A stretch of DNA of 64,000 nucleotides from Eledone cirrhosa (taxonomy: Eukaryota), in assembly GCA_964016885.1 (NCBI GenBank), contig OZ024741.1:253084001-253148000 (forward strand). Direction: 5' to 3'. The notes beneath the pieces were generated by a model that saw nothing but the letters and a program-made list of their open reading frames with translations, was not told the DNA's origin and did not search any database. A program made the position numbers and the translations under genes. This document shows, one piece after another, positions 1-12,760 of this stretch (the stretch's first letter is position 1; each line of letters begins with the position of its first letter).

Positions 1-1262
1 ATCTAGCCCTAGATAGGATCTCCCAGTGTAACTTAAATTGGGTGTTTTTGTCTTTTAGACTCCAGATATAAGCTGAAAGTGACGTCATATTCCTTCTTAG
101 AGGGTAACGAAAAGAATGGGTATGCATGTAAAGACGCTGCTTGAATCTATTGGCAGTTAACCCTATGTAGGCCCTACGGGACGTGGGTGTTACAACCTTA
201 CATTTGTAGACAATGTTATTAGAGAGGCATTTCCCGGATAGGGGGCAATCAACCCGATTCCTACAATTACAGTTAGTACTAACTACAGGGTTGGAATGCT
301 TACTTATGTAATTAAGCGTATCATTCGGCTTTCTATACGGGTAATACAACCCATTCAATAAGTTCAGGGTAACGTCGAGGTAATTAACGACCGAGAGATT
401 GGCCTCAACCTGTATAGAGAGGTTGAAGCCTTTAAAGAAGACTGTGAGTTATTTTCTGAACCTGTCGCAAGCACGTGGGCCGCACTTAGTCATGGTCAAA
501 AGACCATCGTCACGGTACAAACCACCGCCTGCGTTGGGGAATTCATCCTCGATAGAGAAAAGAAGGAAAAGGCCGATAAGATCAGTAACCTCCGCAGAAT
601 CACTGGCGCCCATACTCACGTCGAATGGGGTGCTATTGGATTTTTTAATCCAAATAGAGTCGTCGAAATTAATCACCGACTTTCGGGCATTGAGGATGAC
701 ATCAACTTCGAAATCCTTAACCACTGTGAGTGTTTTAGCGAAATTGATAGCTCTAAGGAGAAGTGGTAAAGTGATGGAGGAGTAGTAATTGTTGATGTCG
801 AATTGGATAAAACGGCAATGTTCCTTGTTACATATGCCGTTGAACCAATCAATCACCGCGAAGGAATTGTACCACAGTGCAAGAGGGGCCAAACTTCTAA
901 TTTCAGGTATAATTCTATCAAGAATCGTTTTACTAAGTCTACCTAAATCGAACTTCGTAGGGTTAATAAGCCGAATAGAGGGGTTGTTCGGAAAGTTGGA
1001 TTTGTGATTCTTCAGGGTAAAGTGGGGAGAAATAGGGTCCAGAGGTTCGGTCCGGTCCAGGATGTTGAGATCAGAGGTGATTTTAAACCCAGCATCGTTG
1101 ATTTCATTGATGACGCACCGATTAGTTTTACGGTAATCCTTAGTTACAGCATTATGTAGTAGTTGATGGTAAGTACTGCACTCCACTTGATATAGGTTGC
1201 CAGTTTTATCGGAATGGACGTGCACGGCATTAGAATCCTTAATAGAACGAATTCTATTCTTC
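1..1262 (-). mobile_element. Penelope-like element (YRDD-type, Hydra-like), 5'-truncated, runs off the window edge
   Basis: ORF 449-1225(-) has RT motifs FIQFDINNYYSSI, MGASDSAEVTDL and GLYRDDGL. It is homologous to the RT pieces at 9578-10323. The frame is broken by a stop at ~449. Confidence 0.85.
449..1225 (-). pseudogene. PLE reverse transcriptase fragment
   Basis: Translated ORF with a YRDD catalytic motif and upstream RT motifs (PSIRLINP, DLGRLSKTILD). Confidence 0.8.
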
Positions 1263-1269
1263 AGGTCTT

Positions 1270-1344
1270 CGGTTCTTATATATTTGATATATATTTATCC
1301 TTATCGAGCCCTCTTTGGATTTTAGTCTTCAAATTTATTATTAT

Positions 1345-1348
<4 letters not shown>
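1270..1348 (+). repeat. Short dispersed terminal segment (GGTTCTTATATATTTGATA...CTTATCGAGCCCTCTTTGG)
   Basis: Near-identical copies at ~13038-13090, ~19700-19767 (inverted) and ~54342-54390. Here it abuts the truncated 5' end of the PLE and ends in (TA)n. Confidence 0.7.
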
Positions 1349-1404
<56 letters not shown>

Positions 1405-1408
<4 letters not shown>

Positions 1409-2240
1409 TGTAAATGATAATCAAAGAGCATTTAATCTTTCAAACATTTAATCACTGAAGATTGTTTCATCCTAGCATAAGGTCAGACCCATCAGAGTTA
1501 ATAACAATAGTCAAACACAAATATGAAATCAAAACTTTATCACAAGAACATTAGGAGGATATTCAACTATGTGGTGCTTTAGATGATGAGTCTTGAGTGG
1601 CTAATTGATAATACTTCCATCTATATTGGATTTTTTACTTTGATGATTGTATTTATTTACTCAACATTACATTAGCTCCTTTGGACGTTTTGAAAAATAA
1701 TTATCCTTATGACTGAATTATGTAATCAAACTTATAGTCTTGCACCTGTCTGTAATCTCTCGCTATGCTACGTGTGCATCTAAACTTTTTAAAATATATT
1801 TTTAAATATATTTTTTTTTATATTTTTGGAGATGTATTTTTAAATTTATATTTGAATTGCATACTTTCTCTTATTAACTTTATTAACTTTCTTAACTATC
1901 TATGGTATATGTTTTTCACTGTCCTTAATTTATCTGTAACAGCATGTTTTTTTAATTTTTAAAATTTTTTATTGCTTTTATCTGCTTTTATTGCTTGTAA
2001 CAAAGTTTTCATCCTATATTTGTGTTTAACTTTTGTTATCAACTCCGATGATTCCGGCCTCGTGCTAGGATGAAACGATCATCAGTGATTAAATGTTTCA
2101 AAGATTAAACACTGATTGATTGTCATTTACATTGTATTTTGGTTCTGTATTATACTTGTTATTTTACATCGAGCTATTTTCATACTTGTAACTGGATAAT
2201 ATTTAATATTACTCACCTATATATCTATATAGTTATACTT
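1405..2240. mobile_element. Degenerate fold-back element with a hammerhead-like motif in each arm
   Basis: 1405-1550 is an imperfect reverse complement of ~1985-2136. The right arm reads CTCCGATGA..TGAAAC and the left arm (minus) CTCTGATGG..TGAAAC. A one-sided tail spans ~2137-2240 and both flanks are (TA)n. Confidence 0.6.
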
Positions 2241-2255
2241 ATATATATATATGTG

Positions 2256-2420
<165 letters not shown>

Positions 2421-2743
2421 TTATGTATGTATGTACATATGTATCCATATATAATATATTCTAAATATACATTGGGTGCCCCAAAAGTCTGGACGCAGAA
2501 TAATAAATAAATAAATTTTAAAGAGAAATTATACTGTAAAATACATTTCGTATGGGGCCAGTCTTTTGGGTATATATATATTTATATATGTATATATATG
2601 TATATATATTTATATATGTATATATATTTTTATTTATACATATATTTATATATGTATATATATTTATATTTATATATATATTTACATAGGTATCATCATC
2701 ATCATCATTTAACGTCCATCTTCCATGCTAGCATGGGTTAGTC

Positions 2744-2808
<65 letters not shown>

Positions 2809-4244
2809 GGTGGGGGTCATATAATGCAACTTTTAAGGGATTAATATGGTTACATTCATATATTCATTCACGTGTATAAGAGTGTGACAGTGTGTGTGTT
2901 TGTGAGTTTCTGTGTGTATATATGTATGCATGTATGTACATATGTAGCTAAATAGAAATAAATAAATAAAGTTAGATAGATATATAGATAGGTAGGTAAG
3001 TAAATAAAGAATAACATATATACAAGACATGTAAAGACCACCATTTTGTGTTGTTCTGTTTCAAGAGACTTTAGTTGTTGGGTATGTCTGGAGGTGGTAT
3101 TTTGTGTAACAATATATGTAATGTTATGATTTACATATCTTGGTTTGTTTGAAAGTGCTGCCTGTCAGGAGTTGTAAAGTTTGTAAAAGTCTGTATATGG
3201 AGTCGTTGAAGTGTCAATGACACTAAATTTGCAATATTTACTTTACATAAGAAGTATGTGGAGTGTATTTTGTATAGATCATGTGAAGTGTTAACCAATG
3301 GTCTAGTAAGGACATGTCAATATGCGTTCACTTATTTAACAATTTACCCCTGATGTTTGGGCAATTACTAAATGTTTTTTAAACTTGCCAAATATATGGT
3401 CTTGATTGTAGTGAAGAGTTCATATTTCCTTGTCCTATTGGTATATCATCTTCATATTTTCAGAATTCTTCTTTTGATGCTGTAACTCGCGTTTATTTAT
3501 TTCAATCCCCAAATGTGGCTGGCTAGTTTTTGTAAGGCTGCTTATCAATGTAACTAATCACATTAATGCTTAAAAAACTTTGTTTAAGTTTACTTTCCAT
3601 CATACCTATGTAATGTTTATTCTCATCTGGTTGATGTTGTATAGTTGAAGAAAAATTTGATCAGACACAACCAAATTCCATGTTGTGTGCTTGTTTTATG
3701 AGGCCATGTCACAGTTTTCCAGACTGTTTCTATAGGAAGGCTATGTTTAACTATTTAGCTAATGATAAATGTTTTTATTTTAGCAGTATGGTAGTAGCTG
3801 ATTTTCATGCAATCTCTGTTGAATATCTTGCAGATATAATGACATTTATCACCAGCAAACTGGTAGATCAAACTGAACAATGCTGGCCAATATGTTGCTA
3901 TATAAAATGATTTGGTCACAATGAAAATATACAAACACTGACACAGGAAAAAAACATAGCTTTATTTATTTATTTTTTTGTTTTGTTTACACATACAAAG
4001 ACTTATCTATTTACATATATTGATATACACACATCTTTCTTTCTTTCCTTCTCTCTCTCTCTTTCTTTTGATATATATATTTATATGTGTGTGTGTTTGC
4101 ATGTGTGTTGGAATATATGAACAAGACAAAGATTATTCAATTCATGTCGTAGAGTTGATGTATTTATTCAAAGGTATCTCAATGTCTGTGTACATGTGTA
4201 TGTCGGGCAACTAGTAATGTATAGGCTTCACAAACATTCCTTAA

Positions 4245-4465
4245 CCCTTTAGCATTTAAATCAGCCATATTTGGCCAGAATTCTCTCACCTCTTTCTGTT
4301 CAAACAGGCTGTGACTGGTCACTCATGCTGATATTAAGGTATTGTTCTCAAAATAAATAATATCAAAATCTCATAGATTCGATATTATGTGAGATAATTG
4401 TGTGAGGTAAAGCCTTTACCATGAAAATACAATAGTAAATATAGAGTAATGTAAATGCGAAAGGG
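4245..4465. mobile_element. piggyBac-type MITE
   Basis: TTAA|CCCTTTAGCATTTA ... TAAATGCGAAAGGG|TTAA: 14-bp imperfect TIRs with CCC/GGG ends and a TTAA target duplication. Confidence 0.75.
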
Positions 4466-4877
4466 TTAATTCATCTAAATGAAGTATCATTTACTCATGT
4501 AAAATTAAACATTACTCAACCATACTCAAATGTGAAAGATATTAAATGGAAAATATGAATTTGGTAATCACTAAACAAAGAGAAAATGTATATATTTACC
4601 TTGTAAGTTATATTTCATGACAAATACACACACACACACATGAACACACTCATGTTATTACTCCTACAGGATCAGTTTACAATATAGGTGCTTTTTGTTG
4701 TGACTCTTACACGACCACATTACTGTGTAGGCTGGGTGCATTTTTGTTGTGTCACCAACATACATACAGTTTGCTTTAACCCTTTCCATACTTGTGGATG
4801 ATCTGGTTATCAATTATCTCCAAAGATCTATAGCTGGATCAATTCAGTATGGATGTAGAGACTGATCTACAGTGTTT

Positions 4878-5910
4878 ATTGTTGTTTAACCTCAGTTCAG
4901 CTGTGACAATCACGTTTTTGTTCATAGCTTGGCCCTATCATTAAAACACCCAAGAAATCTCCTATGAGATACAACCACATAAGAGGGTAGCTAAAGTTGT
5001 ATCTGAGATAACATATTATAATGTGTCCTTTCTTGATATTGTTTAGTTCCAAGCCACCCTTGAATCAACAGACCTATGATCAAAGATGTTCTAATTGTGA
5101 CTATCTTGCTATTTTATTTATATACACCATCAAATGTGTCTTTCTTTCCTGTTTTCTAATCTCATATCAGTTCTTTTTCCGAAGATCTAGAATCAAAAGT
5201 TTTCCAACCATAAGCAACCAGCTTTTAATTATACATAGTTTATCTAAGACCACATTATATAATGTTTTATTCCTTATATTTGTTGTTTAACTGCAGGTCA
5301 TCCCTGATTCAGCAAATTTAAGATCAAATGTGTTCCATCTTGTATTTTATTCAAATGTAATGATAACTACGTTATCTAATGTATCCTTCCTTGGTGTTGT
5401 TGTTGCTGTTTACATCAGGTCAATCCTAATCCAGCACACCTACCTACAATAAAAACATGTTCCAGTCATGACCATCTTGTTTATTTTACTTAGTTTTAGT
5501 GTAATTAGGACTACATTTTCAAATGTTTCTTTCTTTGTTGATTTCTCCACCCAGATTGACTAGACCTATCATGAAAAGTGTTTTAGCCATGAACAGCTTG
5601 TCTTTTTATTCAAACTTAGTGTATCTTGGACTACTTCTTCAAATGTTTCTTTGTTGATTTGTGGCCCCAGATCAGCCATTATCCAGCGAGCCTATCATCA
5701 AAAGTGTTTTAGCCATAAACAGCCTGTCTTTTTATTCGAACATAGTGTAACTAGGAATGCATTTTTAAATATTTAGTCTCATTATGGTTGTTATTGTTTA
5801 ACCCCAGTTCCAGAATTATCCAGCAGGCATATAATCAAAGATCTTCACCCACCCCACTGATTATCCTGCATTTTTTCCAGCATTGTATATCTATGACTAC
5901 ATTATCACAT
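4878..5910. repeat. Old degenerate tandem repeat, ~7-8 units of ~110-130 bp
   Basis: Recurrent TTGTTGTTTAAC..CAGGTCA..CAGACCTAT(G/C)ATCAAA..TGTTCCAGCCATGA motif at ~4878, 5038, 5280, 5400, 5535, 5650 and 5790. Confidence 0.65.
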
Positions 5911-6239
5911 ATGTTCTTTCTTTTCTAAAGACAGCGGGTGTAATATGAAGTAAAAATGGTTTCATTTTCTAGAAGGTTGTGTGGCTCTAGTTCCTTCATT
6001 CTAACATTTGTTTCCAAACATACAAGTATTTTCTATAAACACTGGTGACTATGTATATATATATATGATACATACATATATATATATATCCAGGTGATGT
6101 AACTTGGAGTTACTGCAGGTTCACCCAGGAGAGCACTCGATGTTTAGGTTCACTTCTGTGATGAGGTGTAGAGCTATACAGAGTGTAATATATTGAAAGG
6201 ATAACAAGGACGATTGATTACTCCTTCATTGCATTTATT

Positions 6240-6323
6240 GGACGCGCGTTTCGCCACTGATCAACTCAAGGTTCGATCTGTATCGATCCTACCTGACTCA
6301 ATAATCGGCGGTCGACGGACCCT
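6240..6323 (-). ncRNA. Degenerate type I hammerhead motif at the PLE 3' end
   Basis: Minus strand reads GGGT CCGTCGA ... CAGTGGC GAAAC GCGC GTC. It is the homolog of the intact motif at 45653-45737, with the 5' core mutated. Confidence 0.55.
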
Positions 6324-7153
6324 TTAAAATGCTATAAGAAAATGAAATACATGCTATGTGGTAAAGACAGAAGTTCAAGAGTTTGACAATATGAGTTGTT
6401 TTGATTGGTGAGAAGGATCAAAGGGATGTACTGGCCTGTAGTGTATATGGGGGGTGGATGTGATGGTGAGATGTTGGTGACAGTCGCTGGAAGAGATGGG
6501 CTGTGGTGTGGTGGTGGCAGGTTGGCCTTGGCCTGTAGTGTATGTGGGGGTGGATGTGATGATGAGATGTTGGTGACGGTCGCTGGCTGGGATGGGCTGT
6601 GGTGTGAGGTTAGTGGGTTATCGGTAGACGGGTTGGCGTGTGTGGGGTGTGGTTGTGGTGTTGTTGTTTATGGTAGTGGCGTTTGTGGTGGTGTGGTGGA
6701 TGTGTTGGTGGTGTCGAGTCCTTGGGGAGATACATACCTAGACACTCTTACTCTGACAAATACGTTGTATATATATATACATATATATATACATATATGT
6801 ATAATGCGCATATATACTGATATATATACATACGTATGCACCTAAATACACACACACCCGCACCCACACATATATCTCCATATGCACATGTATGTGCATG
6901 CGCGCGTGTGGATATATATAGGGAGAGTGGGGGAGTATCGGTGGGGGTGACGTAGGACAAAGATGGAGGGAAGGTGAGAGCCATTGGAGATGGTGTTATA
7001 CATATAGACATACACATACCTTCACACATACACACATACGGATATGCGCACATACACGTACACACACGTATACATAAACATACGCAAACACACACACACA
7101 CACACACACGTATACACATACACAGACACACACATACACATACATGCACACAC

Positions 7154-7210
<57 letters not shown>

Positions 7211-7296
7211 TACACACACGCACATGTATACGTAATTATGTAAAAAATACTTACACACAGACACACACATAGACATACATGCATATATACACACAC

Positions 7297-7381
<85 letters not shown>

Positions 7382-8293
7382 AATATATACACATAAATAT
7401 ATACACATAAATATATATGCATACACGCACGCATATGTATACGCACGAATATGTAAAAAATACGTACACACAGACACACACACTTGCGTTGGTTCGAGAG
7501 GGGAGGTATGTGTTGGCGGTGTTGATGAAGTTTGGAGTTGTGTCTTGTGGTGGTGGTGGTGGTGGTGGAGTTGTGGGCGACAACAATATACAGGATCGAA
7601 TAGTACGTTGGGTTACAGGTTAAAAGGTGACATAGGGAACGCGGAGGGGGGGGGGGAGTTTATGGACGTATAGCGATGTGTGTTGTGGTCATGGTGGTGG
7701 TGGTGGTGGTGCTGGGGTGATATGTTCGACAAAATTATTACATGATCAGAAGTTACGGTGGGTTACAGGGTAAGGCAGACGGGGGGGGGGGGGATATAAT
7801 ACAGTCGATCTGGGAGTGAGGGATGATATGTGTTGATAATGATGTTAATGATCTTAATGATGTTAATGATTGTTGAAGTATGTGGATGTATCTACTGGTG
7901 GCGGTGGTGGTGTGTGCGACAGTACATTTACAGGGTCGAATTTAGCGTGGGGTTGTAGGTTAGGGTAGACAGAGGGAACATGGGGGGATAAGGTTTCGGG
8001 TGTGGATGGTAGACATATGATGATGTGTGGTGTGGTGGTGGTGGCGATGGTGTGATATGATCGACATTGTATTTACAGGATCAGATGTTACTATGGTTTG
8101 CAAGGTAAAACCTGACAGAGAGGACAGATAGAACCCAATGTTGCAAGGATGAGAGGTGTATGGCGATGTGATTTTTGGTGGGGGTGATGTATGCGGTATG
8201 ATATACAAAATACGAGCTTACAAATGGTTACATAATTCAATAAATAAATTCGCTGAGATGGGCGATGGTGAGACGGGGCAGAGGTGGTTATTA

Positions 8294-8869
8294 TTATGCT
8301 GGGTCGTGGTTAGTGCGTGGCTCTCCCCCGAATGTTTGTGTAGAAAAAGTGTTCAGCCTGGTGTGTCTGCAATTGACAATTATGTCCGACCTATAGTTTA
8401 TGGCAGATTTTAATTTAATTATTTCCGCCGCCTCAGCCAGGCATAACCTGCAGTGGTTTCTATCACTGGGGAGTTGTGCCACGTGTCTTTTCACTGACCA
8501 GGAGATCTGGGGTTCGATATTCCTGTCCTTGAGGTCCCAGATCAAATCGGCCAGTCTGGTTTGGGATCGTTTTAGCCTATGTTTAAAGGAGTTTCTGTGG
8601 TTATACCAGCGCTCCTTAAACGTAGTGGATGTCGCACCTATATATGAGTACTCCTTATTGCCGGCTTTGACATCACACCGGTAAACAATGTTTTTAACGA
8701 GGCACTCCCCGTTTAGTGGACATTCGGCCCGTTTTTTTGCAGTTGCAGTTGGGTGTAACCGGTGTGGTGGCACGTTGGCGGTTGGTGTCATGCGGTGTGG
8801 GTTGTTGTGTTGTGTTGTGCGTGTGGTTTCGTTCTGCGTTGTGGTGGTGGTTTGTTGTGGAGCAACCAT
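8294..8869 (-). pseudogene. PLE GIY-YIG endonuclease fragment
   Basis: NIVY...YIG, FKERWYNH and CRLC motifs. Confidence 0.8.
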
Positions 8870-9577
8870 GTGTTTTCGTATTTTTGTCCTATTAATGTGT
8901 GCTATTGTGTGGCCTAGATTTGGTGCTGTGGAGAAAGAGAATTTTACAGTGTGTCTATTGAAGAGCTTGTGGTATTTATGTGTGCGTAGAAAAGATTGTT
9001 CGAGAGCCCTGAAGAAGGTTCCCGGTATATTGGTGGCAACGTGTATAGAATACTTCGGTTTCTGCGGTGTTTAGTGAGGTTTTTGTGGTTGGGTGGTAGT
9101 TTGTGTGTGTTTTGGTCAGGCGTATGTGTCATAGGGGTTCCAAGTAATCTACTGGCGTTATATATGTTGTCTCTATTGCTACGCAAACGTGTGCGATAGT
9201 CGGAGTCCTTATTGGGGTTGGAGAGTATGGCTTTATCTCCTTGACAGTTGCGTGTGACGCTGGCTGTCCTGCCGGCTACGGAGGGTCCTAGGTTATTATT
9301 TGTTCTAGGTGTGGAGATTTCTTCTATGTTCGTTTCTAAGGGTCCGGTTATGTTTAGCGGCGTTACGGTTCTATTTGGGTCGATGTAAGAAATCTCCTCA
9401 ATGTAACCAGCGTTTTCAAGTGCGGAGTTGTAGTATTCCGCGTGCTGGTTGAAGATAGTTCTATTTTGCCGACACGGTGGACACTCTATAGGAAATGCTT
9501 TTAACTATTGAGTTAATTATGCTCCTAGGGTGGTTGGAGTGTCTGTTGACGTATTTAAGATTTTCATTAGGTTTGAA

Positions 9578-10323
9578 TTATGGACGGTATAGACCTGTGT
9601 CTAATTCCAGAGTGACATCTAAAAAGTTTACTGTCCTATTGTTAGGTTCAATTTCTACCGCTAATCCTTGGGTCTTAAAGATGTACCTAAGTCTTTTGTG
9701 TAGTCTATCTAATTGGCTATTATTGAGTTCACGGGTCATGAGTAGGGCATCGTCACGGTATAAGCCACCGCTCAAGGAGGGGATCTCGTCTGTTAATATA
9801 TTTAGGAGGTATATGCCTACTATATCTGTAACCTGTGCGGAGTCAGTCGATCCCATGGTGATGTCGAAGCTATCTGGTCTATTCTGTCGTTCCCACAATC
9901 TACCGTCGAATTCTAGTAAAGTTTTCCTAGCTGTTAGCATTATGTCCACTTCCTTTCTAGTGAGGCTTGATCTGTTCATGACTGAGATCAGTGCCTTGTT
10001 AAGGATGATTGGGAATATAGATGTGTAGTAGTTCGTAATGTCCAATTGGACTAATCGAACTAAGTCGACTTAGTTTCAATGGCACGAAACCAGTCGATGA
10101 CCTCCTTTGTACAAGACCATAGCCTGAGTTTAGTTCTATTTCTAAGTTCAGGAATAATTCGGTCAATGATTGATTTGCTAAGTCTACCTAGGTCCGATTT
10201 AGACGGGGCTATGAGCCTGACCGGTAGTTTTGACTGGAAGTCCGGTTTATGGTCTATAATAGATAGTCTCGGTGTCCTAAGGTTGTAGGGATGAGTCCTG
10301 TCGTCAATACTCAGTTCGGTCAT
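9578..10323 (-). pseudogene. PLE reverse transcriptase fragments (frameshifted)
   Basis: DITNYYTSI, MGSTDSAQVTD, YRDD and VNFLDVTL motifs. Confidence 0.85.
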
Positions 10324-10647
10324 TATTGTTTTCGCATGTTTGTTTATGTGTGCTAGGTTTTCTCGTGTTGATGTTTTGTATATTTTAGCAATTTCGTTTG
10401 TATATATATATATAAATCATCATCATCATCATTTTACGTCCGCTTTTCCCTTATATCATATGTATATATATATCATTAAATATTGGTCTTAATGTCAGAC
10501 AGTTGTATGCATTTATTTACATATAGTGACACTTTGCTGTACATCAGCTGGAGAAACAAGGTAGTAAAGTATGGTATATATATGTATATATATATATATG
10601 TGTAAGCAAGAAAGTAAGTGTTGATAAAATCCAGTACTGTATGTATA

Positions 10648-10826
10648 TAGGAAAATGTTTAACCCCAACGGCAGAGCTCAAGCCGTTTCGACGAAATAGT
10701 CGTCGAAAGGGCTTGAGCTCTGCCGTCGGGGTTAAACATTTTCCTATTACCCACTCTACTACCCTAAGTATTGAGTACTCTGGTGTGTTATGGTCCATCT
10801 GGTTCCTTACCACACTTCCTTCGTTA
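10648..10826. mobile_element. Fold-back element family A, copy 1
   Basis: ~46-bp inverted arms around 10694-10700 plus an ~80-bp tail (TTACCCACTCTACTACCCTAAG...CCTTCGT). Other copies at 19168, 20949 and 31283. Confidence 0.85.
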
Positions 10827-10918
10827 TATATATTAAAGGATCGATCGACTTTCGTCAAATGTTTCCGTCGGTCTTTCCAGTTGCTAGTACTATCTATCGG
10901 TCGCAACTCCAGGTAGAA

Positions 10919-11037
10919 GGAACAATGTGAAATAAAGTGTCTTGCCCAAGGACATAACGCATCGCCCGGTCCACGAATCGAACTCACAACCTCAAGATTG
11001 TGAATCCAATTCTCTAACCACTCAGCCACACGCCTTC
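10919..11037 (-). mobile_element. tRNA-derived SINE, 5' part (family 1)
   Basis: Minus strand: A-box TGGCTGAGTGG, B-box GGTTGTGAGTTCGATTC, then GTCCTTGGGCAAGACACTTTATTTCAC. Confidence 0.8.
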
Positions 11038-11041
11038 ACGT

Positions 11042-11072
<31 letters not shown>

Positions 11073-11182
11073 ATATGTGTGTATGAGTCCCAGGTTCAAT
11101 TGAGAATCAGCCGATCCGTAAAATCACCACTTTCCCCAACCACCAGAAAACATATAAATACCACAGCATTAGAATGAAAGCT

Positions 11183-11234
11183 GGCTTTCTGGATGATTTC
11201 CTTCAATTGAAACAGTTCTAGTCCTGTCGAAGCC
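11183..11234 (+). ncRNA. Type I hammerhead motif with a variant CUGGAUGA core
   Basis: GGCTTT CTGGATGA TTTCCTTCAATT GAAAC AG TTCTAGTC CT GTC GAAGCC. Stem I is 6 bp, stem III is ACAG/CTGT, and the triplet is GUC. Confidence 0.6.
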
Positions 11235-11341
11235 ATTTCTATATTAAATTTGTTGTATATATATAAAGAATATGCGTAGCCAATTTCTCGGATTTTAAGC
11301 ACTGAGAATATAAAGTTAATATAAAGAATGAGGCCATCATT

Positions 11342-11390
<49 letters not shown>

Positions 11391-11520
11391 AAAGTTCTAT
11401 TTAAAGTTGTTGGGATACAACAAGTAAATATTTTTATAACTGATATAAAGCACTCGACAAGTATTTGGAGTAGATATACGATATTAATAAATGGAAACTA
11501 TATTTATAAAACCATATTTA

Positions 11521-11581
11521 TTTCATTATACATATTTCAGGGATACCAAATTAAATTATGGTATGCCTTCATCAGACAAAA
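11521..11581 (-). ncRNA. Type I hammerhead ribozyme (mirror copy)
   Basis: Reverse complement of 11843-11903 with an intact core. Confidence 0.78.
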
Positions 11582-11842
11582 TACAATATATAACAGTTTT
11601 ACAAATAAGCTTTGACGTACCCTTTTAAAATGCGACCATTATTTTTGGAGGCCATCTGGATAGTGAATTGTTTATATTATTTTAATAAGTCTTAGTGTTA
11701 AGGACACTTTTTCTAATTGTCCTTAACACTGAGACTTATTAAAATAATATAAACAACTCACTATCCAGATGGCCTCCAAAAATAATGGTCGCATTTTAAA
11801 AGGGTACGTCAAAGCTTATTTGTAAAACTGTTATATATTGTA

Positions 11843-11903
11843 TTTTGTCTGATGAAGGCATACCATAATTTAATTTGGTATCCCTGAAATATGTATAATG
11901 AAA
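11843..11903 (+). ncRNA. Type I hammerhead ribozyme
   Basis: TTTTGT CTGATGA AGGCATACCA..TGGTATCCCT GAAAT ATGT ATA ATGAAA. Intact core and stems I and II, minimal stem III, predicted cut after 11897. Confidence 0.8.
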
Positions 11904-11944
11904 TAGATATGGTTTTATAAATATGGTTTCCATTTATTAATATC

Positions 11945-11979
<35 letters not shown>

Positions 11980-11982
<3 letters not shown>

Positions 11983-12629
11983 TCATCATCATCATCATCA
12001 TCAACGTTTAACGTCCGTGTTCCACGCTTGCATGGGTTTGGACGGGGGTAGTCCCACTTGAGGCAAGAGTGATTGTCTTGCTCGCATAGGACTGTCTGGC
12101 AGGTTTTCTACAGTTGGATGCCCTTCCTAGCACCAACCACATTTACAGTGTGGGTCTGGGAGGTTTTTACCGTGTTGCCTACACGGCCACATTACAGCGT
12201 GGACTGTGTGTTTTTTTGTCGTGACACCTACACGATCTCATTTGTTTCGGCCCGGATGGCGCGGCACCAACATAACTTTACATAGGACGGGGTGGTGTGG
12301 ATGGGGTGGGGGTGGTGGTGGTGGGACGGGGTGTATTTTGTTAGAGATGCCTACTGGCAAGGCGGGTCTTCTCTGTTACTGAGTACCGCCAAAGGTCTCG
12401 GTCCAGTGGCATTGTCTTGGAGAGGTGTAAGTGTGTGAGGTCGGAGTTTATCAGCTCGTCCCAGGTTTTTCTAGGTCTGCCTATTCCGTGGCTACCGTCT
12501 ATCTTTATTGCCCTGCACTTTGTTATACAGCTATCGACTTTCATGCGCATCACGTGTCCATACCAACGTAGCCTTCTCTCGAGTAAACAACATCTGATCC
12601 CTCTTATCTCTAATTTTTTCCTTAGTTCG

Positions 12630-12630
<1 letters not shown>
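11980..12630 (-). mobile_element. RTE LINE, 5'-truncated copy
   Basis: Near-identical to the 3' end of the element at 33209 onward (RLRWYGHVMRM..GRPRKTW). (GAT)n tail, (TA)n flanks. Confidence 0.92.
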
Positions 12631-12668
<38 letters not shown>

Positions 12669-12760
12669 TGTGTTTCGGAAGATCCCATGAAAACAGAAAT
12701 TATTTGCTTAAACTTTAATCTGTACTACAGGTTTATATATATTTATATATATATATATAT

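Larger units (their letters stand above)
6197..10400 (-). mobile_element. Penelope-like element (Hydra-like), 5'-truncated: RT, GIY-YIG and a ~2-kb 3' region
   Basis: RT pieces at 10060-10323 and 9578-10045 (GLYRDDAL). Endonuclease at 8294-8869 (CPLNGECLVKNIVY..YSYIGAT..FKERWYNH..CRLCLAEA). The 3' end is homologous to 45605-46040. Stops and frameshifts are present. Confidence 0.88.
11388..11950. mobile_element. Fold-back element with 233-bp arms and a left tail
   Basis: 11474-11706 is a near-perfect reverse complement of 11718-11950, with an 11-bp spacer. Tail 11388-11473; (TA)n on both sides. Confidence 0.92.

Noticed and set aside
2468-2572. Tc1-like ends (GGGTGCCCCAAAAGTCTGG / CCAGTCTTTTGGG)
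   Set aside because: Short and incomplete; the element boundaries cannot be supported.
3040-3700. Possible ancient PLE RT remnant on the minus strand
   Set aside because: Only vague motif echoes; too decayed to call without an HMM search.
6095-6145. Twister-like string TGTAACTTGGAGTTACTGCAGGTTCACCCAGG
   Set aside because: Superficial resemblance only; the conserved pseudoknot segments are missing.
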